Part shown: one piece after another, positions 50,041 through 59,700 of the stretch
Position numbering within the stretch: position 1 is the stretch's first letter
Layout: each line of letters starts with the position of its first letter
IMG/VR virus record: IMGVR_UViG_3300045988_019695
Location: 39,492-103,491 of that record
Strand: one strand, 5' to 3'
DNA length: 64,000 bases
Source of the DNA: a virus
The notes under the pieces: model-generated
The model's input: only the letters and a program-made list of their open reading frames with translations
Told to the model about the DNA's origin: nothing
The model's database searches: none
Position numbers and translations under genes: made by a program

Positions 50041-50890
50041 TGTGAAAATGGAGCTATAGATAGAAATATCTACAGAAAATTCCGTGAATTGCTGAAACCT
50101 CTTTCCCATTTGTATCGTTATAGCAATATAAGGTATAATAGGAAAGAAAATCAGCAGCATTTATTATGAAACAAGAGACTTTAGAAAAGTATATTGGTAA
50201 AACGTGGGGAGTCTTAACTTGTATTGGTATAGATCACGAAGACTATGATAAAGAAAAGCAATCGAAAAGGACATATTTTAAGGTAAAGTGTTCGAGATGT
50301 GGATCTGAATCTGTAGTTAGAAGTGATAGATTTTTTAACAAGAAATATATACCAAAATCATGCACTAACTGTGTAGATGATTTGCAAGTTGAAACAGCTA
50401 ATAAAAAGTATCCGAAAGAAAGAAGATTGCTAAATATGCAAATATCAAAATATACACATAATAGCAACAGAAAAGGAAAGATCGTTAAATCTTTTCTATC
50501 TAAAGAAGAAGCAGAAAAAATGTTAACTTCGAAATGTTTTTATTGCGGAAAAGAAAACGCAATGGGAATAGATAGGATAGATTCATCTAAAGATTATACT
50601 TTAGATAATTGCGTTCCTTGCTGCGGAATGTGTAATATTATGAAAAATAAATTTAACATAGATAAGTGGTTTTCTAAAATTGGAGAAATTTATAGAACTC
50701 ACGTTGATAGGTGTTCAACGACTATCCCGAAAGGGAGTACATCACAAGCTAATGGTGATGGAAGTGCGGAACTCCTGACTGCCGCATAAAGTAAAAGGAG
50801 ATGATATAGTCTATTCTGTACGGTGACGTACAGCAGTTCACAAAAGAACGTATATAGATTTGCGAACTATATAGAATGCAAAAGATCGCC
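50041..50890 (+). mobile_element. group-I-like intron carrying an HNH endonuclease, splitting the Sak4-like gene (boundaries approximate)
   Basis: GNRA-capped helices tagata-GAAA-tatcta (about 50058-73) and ctgtacg-GTGA-cgtacag (about 50816-33), plus tatatag...ctatata (about 50852-74). An HNH ORF lies inside. Confidence 0.55.
50166..50789 (+). CDS. HNH homing endonuclease
   Basis: Zn-ribbon-like CSRCG...CTNC and YCGKENAMGIDRIDSSKDYTLDNCVPCCGMCNIMKNKF. Confidence 0.8.
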   Translation: MKQETLEKYIGKTWGVLTCIGIDHEDYDKEKQSKRTYFKVKCSRCGSESVVRSDRFFNKKYIPKSCTNCVDDLQVETANKKYPKERRLLNMQISKYTHNSNRKGKIVKSFLSKEEAEKMLTSKCFYCGKENAMGIDRIDSSKDYTLDNCVPCCGMCNIMKNKFNIDKWFSKIGEIYRTHVDRCSTTIPKGSTSQANGDGSAELLTAA

Positions 50891-50898
50891 AAACTCCA

Positions 50899-51306
50899 AT
50901 GGGTAAGAAATGGGACGGTACAGACGTAACAACCTTACCTAACGGTGCCGGCTATAAGTATCTTAGAGACGCAGTAAAGAAGGTGGTTGATATGTTCCGA
51001 GATTTGTGTGACGAATTTATTCTTGTAGGTCACGTTAAAGACACCGTAACTGAAAAGGACGGTGTTGAAATTTCTGCAAAAGAGCTCGACTTAGTTGGTA
51101 AGCTGAGTAAGATTGTGTGTGGATTAGCTGATGCGGTAGGTTATGTATATCGCAAAGGAAATGAAACGCACATATCCTTTAAGGGTGGTACATCTGATAC
51201 CATCATGGAGGCTCGTGCAAGACACATAGCCGGAAAGGATATTATCATTGCAGAAGGTAATGAAGATGGGACACTTATAACACATTGGGATAGAATATTT
51301 AAGTAA
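50899..51306 (+). CDS. Sak4-like (AAA_24) ATPase, exon 2 (frame open from 50875)
   Basis: TTLPNGAGYKYL...DEFILVGHVKD...LVGKL...; typical C-terminal half of AAA_24 proteins. Confidence 0.6.
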   Translation: MGKKWDGTDVTTLPNGAGYKYLRDAVKKVVDMFRDLCDEFILVGHVKDTVTEKDGVEISAKELDLVGKLSKIVCGLADAVGYVYRKGNETHISFKGGTSDTIMEARARHIAGKDIIIAEGNEDGTLITHWDRIFK

Positions 51307-51396
51307 ATTGATATATCGGTTCATTCGATCAACAGCATACTATGCTGAGAATAAACTAGATATGTTAGCATTACGTATATTAAAATAATAGAAATT

Positions 51397-52002
51397 ATGT
51401 TTAGTACAAAGACAGCCGCAATTAACAACGAAGAATTTAGTAATAGTAGTTATATGCCAGTAGGCATAAACCAGAATATCACTCTTAAAGAGGTAAACTG
51501 TAACAAGTCTCCTCAGGGTCTCGATTTCCTCGAGATAGTATTTGAGAATGAGAACGGTCAGACAGCTACTATGACAGAGTGGAAGAATACAAAGGGAATG
51601 TACATTAAGACAGACGAAGACTTGCAGAAGCGCGACAACGCTCAGTTTGGACGAGTTTGTCAGATTCTCGATTGTTTTTATCCACAGAGACCAGATGCAG
51701 AGCTTTCTACATTCAAGGAGATGATCGACTGGACAAAGCAAATGCTTGATCCTATGATAGCTACTAAGAAAAAGCTTCGCTTGAAGGTTATTTACGACAA
51801 GAAGGGCTATACTCAGGTAAGTAAGCTCGGAATCTTCGTTGAAGACATGTCTAACACAAATTCGCAGATTAAGCTCTTTAAGAACGATCTTATGGAGCGA
51901 CCAGTTGTTGCCGATAAGGAGAACAACGATCCGCTTAACGTACCACCAACCGTTACTCCGGAAACTGCGGATGCAGCAGGCGCATCAGATCTTCCGTTTT
52001 AA
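51397..52002 (+). CDS. ssb: single-stranded DNA-binding protein candidate
   Basis: Follows the Sak4-like gene. Flexible acidic tail ending ...ETADAAGASDLPF (SSB-type D-x-P-F tip). Codon-biased. Confidence 0.5.
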   Translation: MFSTKTAAINNEEFSNSSYMPVGINQNITLKEVNCNKSPQGLDFLEIVFENENGQTATMTEWKNTKGMYIKTDEDLQKRDNAQFGRVCQILDCFYPQRPDAELSTFKEMIDWTKQMLDPMIATKKKLRLKVIYDKKGYTQVSKLGIFVEDMSNTNSQIKLFKNDLMERPVVADKENNDPLNVPPTVTPETADAAGASDLPF

Positions 52003-52627
52003 GGGATTTACGCCTGATGAAATAGAAATACTACTTGATTGTATGAAATCCGGTAGATGGTTCTTATACTGTCTACATAGCAGGAGTGCCAAACTATACA
52101 ACAAGTGGATACGCCCCAGGGAGGTAATACTGCCATGAAAGGGCGTTGGTGGAGCTAGGTAATTCAGTTACCCTTTGGAGGTGAAATGCCTCCAATAAGG
52201 CTCGCAAGGGTGTCGTGAGACACAAGCATGGACATATGCGAAAACAGATCCAAATCGGCGTTTTTTATTATGTTTTATTGTATATACAAATAGTCCAGTA
52301 GGGTTCGATTCCCTACAGAGCCACTTTCATTGTTGAGACAAGTAGGATTATAGCTTGTGAAAGTAATGATCCTGCCCACCTGTGAAGGTCGGCATTTTGT
52401 CTAGGCGTCAGGTTTTCCTGGCACCAGATTTCATACCGTGTACGCTACGTAAGTGCGGGTTGGATACCCTTAATCCCGACCTGGATATGTCCGTAAACTA
52501 TCCGTCCGTCGCGACCTGAGCATGTCATTAAACTGCTCATTTTTATAAGGGCGTGAGGAAGGAAAGCTCTAATATAGAAATATATAGCCATGGTTCGAGA
52601 CCGTGGACGCCCACTAACTTATAAGTT
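52003..52627 (+). ncRNA. ORF-free structured island 4 with two T-arm/acceptor minihelices and an internal terminator
   Basis: Hairpins ggagg/cctcc (52177-93) and gtgtc-GTGA-gacac (52210-23). T-arm modules at 52299-52323 and 52549-52613. Terminator gagca...tgctc-attttt (52518-45). Confidence 0.4.
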
Positions 52628-53599
52628 ATGTATAGTACTAGAACAGCGGTTACTATGTCCTTGAGGGATATCTTGGACAAAGTAAATGATTTAGACATCT
52701 ATACGTATTGTTTAGGACAATTCAAAGTTGGAAAGCTTATGAATAGCCCTTTAAGGTCTGGAGATAAAAACCCGTCATTTGGAATATTCCATTCCAAAAC
52801 AGGAGGACTGCTATGGAAAGATCTTGGAACCGGAGAGTGTGGAAATGCTCTGAAGTTCCTAAAAGAATACAAAGGCATAACGACTAGAGAAGAACTTGAA
52901 CGAGAATTATTGAGAATCGTACGCAGAATAAATCCTAATACAACCGTAAGGACAAATACGTACGATACACCGAAAGGAGATACTGATATCGGGATAGTTC
53001 GACAGCCGTTTACTAATGTAGACAAACAATACTGGAAACAGTTTGGAATACATATTGATACCCTAAAAAAGTTCAATGTGTTCAGCATTAAATACTTTCT
53101 TTGTAATAGTATCGTCCGGAGTATCTACAAAGAAAATAGTCCTATGTATGCATATAAAGTGTATGATAAGTTTAAGATTTATCGTCCGCTTGCTTCCAAG
53201 TTTACTAAATGGCGTACCAATTTGACGAATCGGCACGTACAGGGATTATCCGAATTGCCTAAGGAAGGAGGCGACCTACTCATAATAACAAAGTCATTGA
53301 AAGATGTCATGTGTTGCTACGAGATGGGTTTTAATGCAATAGCTGCTGCTAGTGAAACTGTATTTATACCTGAAGACATACTCAGATCTCTACGTTCTAA
53401 ATGGAAACATATAGTTATACTGTATGATAGAGATAAAACAGGTATGCTTAAGGCTAGGCAATATAGTAAACAATACAATATAGATGCTTTTTTCATTAAT
53501 AAGAAATTTAAAGCCAAAGATCTATCAGATGCTGTTCGTGACAACGGATTTAGCACCATGAAAGACTGGTTAACAAAAACGTTACAGAAATATGATTGA
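52628..53599 (+). CDS. DNA primase (TOPRIM type)
   Basis: N-terminal RSGDKNPSFGIF (DnaG EKTPSF-like). TOPRIM: LIITKSLKDVMCCYEMGFNAIAAASE and ILYDRDKTG. Confidence 0.7.
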   Translation: MYSTRTAVTMSLRDILDKVNDLDIYTYCLGQFKVGKLMNSPLRSGDKNPSFGIFHSKTGGLLWKDLGTGECGNALKFLKEYKGITTREELERELLRIVRRINPNTTVRTNTYDTPKGDTDIGIVRQPFTNVDKQYWKQFGIHIDTLKKFNVFSIKYFLCNSIVRSIYKENSPMYAYKVYDKFKIYRPLASKFTKWRTNLTNRHVQGLSELPKEGGDLLIITKSLKDVMCCYEMGFNAIAAASETVFIPEDILRSLRSKWKHIVILYDRDKTGMLKARQYSKQYNIDAFFINKKFKAKDLSDAVRDNGFSTMKDWLTKTLQKYD

Positions 53600-53906
53600 T
53601 GTAGTAATAGGATGCCTATTAGGTGTGCTGGGAGGTGCAGTAATGTCTCCTCTATTGCATAAATGGCTTACAAAAAAGCTGACTAAGAAAATTCATCTTG
53701 ATAAAGGTGGATTTATGCGTATTTGTCTTCCAAATAAATTGCAGATGACTATCTGGGATAGTTATAGTGATGATGGATGTATATGCGCATGTGTCCATCA
53801 TAAAGATGAACAAAAAGTAACTGTTGGCGAAATTGTCTATTTTAATAAAACTTCTGTATCCAAAATAAGAGGAAAGAACTTTTATTATGATAGGCAAGAA
53901 ATCTAA
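53592..53906 (+). CDS. small membrane-anchored protein
   Basis: 104-aa ORF; N-terminal VVIGCLLGVLGGAVMSPLL. Confidence 0.45.
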   Translation: MIDVVIGCLLGVLGGAVMSPLLHKWLTKKLTKKIHLDKGGFMRICLPNKLQMTIWDSYSDDGCICACVHHKDEQKVTVGEIVYFNKTSVSKIRGKNFYYDRQEI

Positions 53907-54273
53907 AGGCAGAGTACGGAACGCAACTAAGGTTGATAAGTATGGTATCCATTTTAGGAGTAAGCTCGAATGCTATACTTATGAAGCTTTTATGAAAGCT
54001 GGAATACCAGTTAAATATGAGCCAAAGCATTTCGTATTACTGGACAAATTCGAGTATTTAGGCGAAAAAATAAGACCTCTAACATATCTACCTGACTTCA
54101 TAGGAAATGGGTTTGTAGTAGAATGTAAAGGCCTTATGGGAGATTCATTCCCTCTTAGATGGAAATTGTTTAAGCATTATCTTAAGCGACATCGAAGTAA
54201 AATGAAATGTTATCTCGTACGTAACCATAAACAGGTAGACGAGATGATAGAAGAGATAAAAACCAATATTTGA
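53887..54273 (+). CDS. endonuclease-I-like (PD-(D/E)xK) junction-resolving nuclease candidate
   Basis: FRSKLECYTYEAF...YLPDF...VVECKG pattern. Confidence 0.55.
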   Translation: MIGKKSKGRVRNATKVDKYGIHFRSKLECYTYEAFMKAGIPVKYEPKHFVLLDKFEYLGEKIRPLTYLPDFIGNGFVVECKGLMGDSFPLRWKLFKHYLKRHRSKMKCYLVRNHKQVDEMIEEIKTNI

Positions 54274-54293
54274 GTATTATAATATCAGTAAAT

Positions 54294-55160
54294 ATGGAAA
54301 AGAAATTTTTGAAAGTAGGTAAGAGTATAAACTTTAAGTTTAACACAGAAGGTCTTGAGTGCGATTTAACCCCAGGAATTGTTTACGATATTAACGTAGA
54401 CCGTTATACTGACGCAATCTCACTCGAAGAGACTAGCGGCTTATCTTTACCTTCTAAGGTATATTGTACACAGCGTGACGAACGCTTTATAGACAAGGTT
54501 ATTAATAGCTATAATCTGTCTGAAAGCGGATTTACTGGTGTAATGCTTGCAGGATTAAAAGGTTCTGGAAAGACTGTGATGGCTAAGGTAATTGCCAATA
54601 AGAGCGGTCTTCCAATTATAAATATAGACAAAAACATACGTCCATATATCCTTAGAAATCTTGTAGAGAAACTTGGTGATACAAGCGTTTGTTTCTTGTT
54701 TGATGAACTTGATAAGGTTCTTGAAGATTACGATGACTCTGTATTGTTACAGGTATTGGATGGTTCTGATACTAAGGGTAAGCATATGATTCTGTTTACT
54801 TGTAATGATGACAATGAAATATCAGAGTATTTGATAGATCGTTGTTCTCGTATTCGTTATTGGCGTGAATTTGATGAGATGTCTCCATCTCTTATAATGG
54901 AGGTATTGAATGACAAGCTTAACGACAAGAAAGAGGTTAAATCTTTAACCGATTTTATCAAGGATAACTTCGAAGTATGCAGTTTTGATAACATAGCATC
55001 TTTTGTAAAGGAAGCTAACGATTATCCTACTGTTACATACGAAGAGTTATTTGAGGATATGAACCTTTCGTCTAAGGGTTCTATAAAGCCTCATCCAAGA
55101 AGAAAATCTAACGCAAAGTGCCTTAAAGAGAAATTTGATAACGTTTGCGCAGGTTGCTAA
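54294..55160 (+). CDS. AAA+ ATPase
   Basis: Walker A LAGLKGSGKTVMA, Walker B CFLFDELDKV. The ATG at 54294 lies inside a TTG-initiated track ORF. Confidence 0.7.
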   Translation: MEKKFLKVGKSINFKFNTEGLECDLTPGIVYDINVDRYTDAISLEETSGLSLPSKVYCTQRDERFIDKVINSYNLSESGFTGVMLAGLKGSGKTVMAKVIANKSGLPIINIDKNIRPYILRNLVEKLGDTSVCFLFDELDKVLEDYDDSVLLQVLDGSDTKGKHMILFTCNDDNEISEYLIDRCSRIRYWREFDEMSPSLIMEVLNDKLNDKKEVKSLTDFIKDNFEVCSFDNIASFVKEANDYPTVTYEELFEDMNLSSKGSIKPHPRRKSNAKCLKEKFDNVCAGC

Positions 55161-56200
55161 TGATTACACCAGAGTACAAAATACCAGAATACGATATTCC
55201 ATACTACGAAGATAACACACGCATTAGTAATAGTGCAATAGGCTGGTTCTTGAATAAAGGACCGGCCTATTTTCGTAATATGTTGGATGGTAAAGAAAAA
55301 GGCTTAGATTTGCCACAGTTACGTAAAGGAACCATGATACATGAGTTTCTACTTCAACCAGATCAATTCTGGAATGATTACGTTCTGTTCGATGGCGAAA
55401 AGCCTAAAAGTGCACAAGCACAAAAGTTCTGTGAAAACTTAATAAATACCGTTGAAATAGAGCTAAATAAACAGCTCTCAGAGGCTTATCGCAAGTCTTA
55501 TAGTATAGTTGGTAAGAGTGAAGATAAAATCCTCTCAGAAGCGCTTAAAATAAGCGTAGAGTATAAAGATTATATTGAAGCTATTAAGTCTAAGAAAATA
55601 CTTATATCTCAGTATGACTTAGACCAACTTATGAATATTCAGCATAACGTTGAAGAACATAAGTTAGCAAAACAATTACTACAAAAGGCTGGCGATTATA
55701 GTAATATACACGTATACCATGAGTTCCAAATAAACTGGGATTATTTGGTTGAAGACGAATTGAATCATGGAGCACTTACTCCTATTGCATGTAAATCATT
55801 GCTTGATAGTTGTACATTTAACTTTGACACGAGGACATGTACAATTATGGATATCAAAACTACAGCTAAACTGTGGCATTTTGAAGACAGTATGAAAGAA
55901 TTTGATTACTGTAGACAATTGTGCTTTTACCAGGAAGCAGTATATTGGTATCTGACTAATGTATTAGAATTAAGCAATGGTGAAATCGATAAATGGAGAT
56001 TTGAATTCTACATCATAGCTATCGATACAACAGGTAGTAATGAGATAAGAGTATTCAGATTAGATACACCTCAAGTTATTTCTAGAGGCGTAACTATACA
56101 TGATTTCATGAGAGTGTATTTATGGCATTTGGGAACAGAAAACTGGGACCATAGCTATGATTACTATACTGGAGACGGTAGTGAAACCTTAAACCTATGA
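55160..56200 (+). CDS. RecB/Cas4-like PD-(D/E)xK exonuclease
   Basis: GTMIHEFLL, IMDIKTTAKL, QLCFYQEA. The ATG at 55160 lies inside track ORF 55145-56200. Confidence 0.65.
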   Translation: MITPEYKIPEYDIPYYEDNTRISNSAIGWFLNKGPAYFRNMLDGKEKGLDLPQLRKGTMIHEFLLQPDQFWNDYVLFDGEKPKSAQAQKFCENLINTVEIELNKQLSEAYRKSYSIVGKSEDKILSEALKISVEYKDYIEAIKSKKILISQYDLDQLMNIQHNVEEHKLAKQLLQKAGDYSNIHVYHEFQINWDYLVEDELNHGALTPIACKSLLDSCTFNFDTRTCTIMDIKTTAKLWHFEDSMKEFDYCRQLCFYQEAVYWYLTNVLELSNGEIDKWRFEFYIIAIDTTGSNEIRVFRLDTPQVISRGVTIHDFMRVYLWHLGTENWDHSYDYYTGDGSETLNL

Positions 56201-56730
56201 CAGATTTCGATAAAGTAGTAATTCCGCTACTTGATGAAAATATACTGCCGTCAGATATTGATGAGCAGTTCGTTGGATGCTTTACAGAAGATATGGATCA
56301 TCCAACAGATATTCCTATAATTTACATGTTATTCAAGTGTGATAAAGTTACGCAAAATTCTATCAACCGTATCAATCGTATTGAGAAGTGTAAGAACTTA
56401 CATACGACTAGATACAAAATGATTGATAGTACAAATTGTGTAGCTTATGGATTTATTCTGACGGGAAAACGGAAAAGTCTTATTACAGGTAACTGTGATT
56501 TAGATTTAAAAGATTGCTTGAAAATAGCATCTTTTTGGGGCTATAATGATAATATCATAAACGTGATTAATCATATGCCTTGTGTATTAATGGTGAATAA
56601 AGAAATGCCGTTGGAAGATTTCCAATATACAATTGATGACATATTTACAGGTAAAGCAAAAGGGGAAGGATTGCAATTGAGCAGTCCCTCCCCTTATTTT
56701 TTTTCAAAAGAGTCGTCGATAATTCGGTGA
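56197..56730 (+). CDS. hypothetical protein (177 aa); last gene of the plus block
   Basis: ATGA overlap with the upstream gene. Confidence 0.55.
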   Translation: MTDFDKVVIPLLDENILPSDIDEQFVGCFTEDMDHPTDIPIIYMLFKCDKVTQNSINRINRIEKCKNLHTTRYKMIDSTNCVAYGFILTGKRKSLITGNCDLDLKDCLKIASFWGYNDNIINVINHMPCVLMVNKEMPLEDFQYTIDDIFTGKAKGEGLQLSSPSPYFFSKESSIIR

Positions 56731-56746
56731 ATTTCAGATAGAGTTA

Positions 56747-59700
56747 TTATGGCTGGAAACTTCCACCTGAATCAAATGATCCGCCACCAAAATCCTATCC
56801 GGAATCAAACGAATCTCCACCAAAAGAATCGTTGTCATTATAATCGTTAGGCATTACAGGTTCTCCTGAAGAACTTCCTGTAGAATCGTTCCCGAACAAA
56901 TGCAAATACCAATATTTGTTTCTGTAATAATTCTATTTAGATCTTAATGTATTATAGTTAGCATCTTCGTACAAATTACTAAATGGAACCATCTTCATTG
57001 CATCTCTAAACCATCTGCTAGACCCTTTATACGCACCAGACTTTACGGTGTCAGTAGGATTGTGACCAGTAAGACCCATTGCGTCAAGCATGTAAGTGAA
57101 TCCTGTTCCAAAGTCATTCCATACAGACTACAACGTTGTAATAGATCCAACAAAGTCAGCAACAGTTGTTGGGTCAAGGTTTGTACCTCTAGCCTCTGCA
57201 AGACGGAGTGATATCAAGTATAGATACTGTATCCACCACGACTTATCATTATCAGCTTTCATCTTTAAGAAGATAGAGGCCAATGTAGCTGCTACGCAGA
57301 TAGCTATATCGGCAGACACTGCTTTAACGCCTTCTATTTCAAGCTGTGTTATACCTTTTAACTTTTCTCTCTTTTCGTTGTATTCCTATTTCTTTTCTTG
57401 GTCTCTAGACAGCAACGCACGTAATCCGTAAATCCAATTAGTTACGTATCTTCTTGATAAATTTGCTATAGATGTATAATGTCCTCTTTCAATCTCTCCT
57501 GTTTCATAATTATAGTATCCGTAGCTCTAAGCTTCTTCTGTTGTCTTAGGATTCTTTACAGGAACTCCGTTTTCATCTAATTCCTTTACAATATAATCGT
57601 TTGCATTTTGCATTCTTTCATATATATTGCCTACGATAAAGTTACGCATCATAAACATAATGGCAGTATACAGATTTTGTCTAGCTTTAGATACTTCTGT
57701 TGCCGGCATAACACCATTATAAAAGGCAGTTCTTTGAGCAATTTTGTTCTTTACATTCTTAGCTACCTTATTGTTTAGGTATTTTGCAAACGCCTTATTT
57801 ACGGTTGGTAAATAATCACCAGGCTCCCAATCATATGCATCGTATAATGTTGTATGTAAGTCAGAATATACAGCCTTAGCCTACTTTTTTGTATACCCAG
57901 AGTCAGTAAATGCTTTTATAAGTTGATTACGAGTATAGAATCCAGGCTTAACTCCAGCATATGATGTATCTTCAAAAAGTCTAGTGTGATGATAGAACGA
58001 CATCATTACTATAGAATTATTCATATAATCACCGAGAGTATAACCTCCCATCATAATGTATTTAAGACAAAATCTTCTGAACCAACCTTTATGTAAGCCT
58101 TCAAATATTTCAGAATTATTCTTACTTATTTGATTCATCTACATTAGAGCTCCTTCTTTTGTTGTTGGCTAAGCTTTTCCCAATCCTCTAAAATTATTTA
58201 CAATTGTTTTCGGATTTAGCAATTTTCCTAAAGCCCATCTAAAGTCTTTCATAGTAAGATATTTACCTACGAGAGAATCCTTAAATATCTGTAAGTTTGC
58301 ATCTAATGCACCAACAGTCATAGAAGCTGTGTTAAGACCAAGCATATGGATAGAACCATATCTTTTTGCTCTAGATATCAAAGCTCTTGCAGTATCGCTC
58401 TTCTCGTTATTCTTAGTAAGACCTGATACTACATTCTTACCATAGAACTATGTTTCAAGAAGTGTATTTATTGCCTCTTCGCTTCTCTGGCTACTATACT
58501 TATCCATTTTCCTGAAATGTTTGTAAACATTTCCTGATCTAGAGCTTTTATATTTATCTTCTCTATATTCTGGATTAAGCTGTTTTTGTATAGCAAGAAT
58601 TTCAGGAAGCAATTCCATTTTTCCTTCATAATTCTTAGCCATATCTACAAACTGTATAACATTGCTACAGATAGATGAGCTTATATATTCTGGATTATCT
58701 AATCTCTTTACAAATCTAATAGGAACAGTACTTTCGTCTTCTCCGCTAGGTGTAACTCTTTGTTTTACGCCCTTTACTTCGACATCTGTATCACTAGGCA
58801 TTATGCTTACCATAGATTTGCAGATATATCCAAATGTATCTTTAGCTGAATTAGGTCCTTTAGCTACTCTTGATAATAGCATGGCTGTAGTACCTTCTAT
58901 CTAAGGAAGCGCATTGTTATAACCAGACTTAATGGCTGGTATTTTCTCATACATCTACTTCATTGTGCTAGTAAGCATATCATAAAGCGCTCTAATATCT
59001 GAGTTCTAATTTATCTCCTAGTCGAAGTATTTGTCTTTATATTTATCTGTAAGCTAATATCCTGGTTCTTTTCTTTTAAAATCATATCTATCGTCATAAA
59101 TTCTATTTGGAGTAGCGTTACTTCTCTTAGAGAATCTTCCAATAGGTTTTAATATAATAGAATTGTATGTATATCCATTATAAACGAACGTACTACTCTT
59201 TGGTGTTATTTCATAGAAGCAATCAAGAGGCTACGGACCTTTCTTAGTATTCTTAAAGAAGAATCTATTGTCAATAAGATATCTTAAATCAGCATCAGAA
59301 AACGTTGTTATATCTTGACCAAAGAATTGATTAAGCTCTCCATTCTTAGCTCTATAAAGATATTTATCTCTAAAGAAGTCTAATTTACTTTTGTTTAAAC
59401 CAGGCTACATTGCAAGTCTATAATTAAAGTACTTTCTAAAATCAGACTTTGTTCCATTTTTACCAGAATCCTCTATATCTTGCTCAATCTGCTATGCATT
59501 AGCAAAGAACGCTTCTGAATCGTGTGGTAATCTAGAGAAATCTTTAGATATACTTCTGTTGTCTTTTGTCAAAGTAAGAAGACCACTCTACAGATACTTT
59601 AATATAGGATCGTTATACTAAGACTGATCAACATTTGCAAGCTTATATAACAAAGGATTTATAGCTACTGTAGAATTAAGTCTTATAAACTAATCTCTCT

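Noticed and set aside
52016-52040. Second CTGATGA...GAAA match (possible hammerhead)
   Set aside because: Only 4 nt (AATA) separate CTGATGA from GAAA, so there is no stem II. No stem I/III partners or GUC site could be found. The CTGATGAG at 34339 lies inside a coding sequence with no hammerhead stems.
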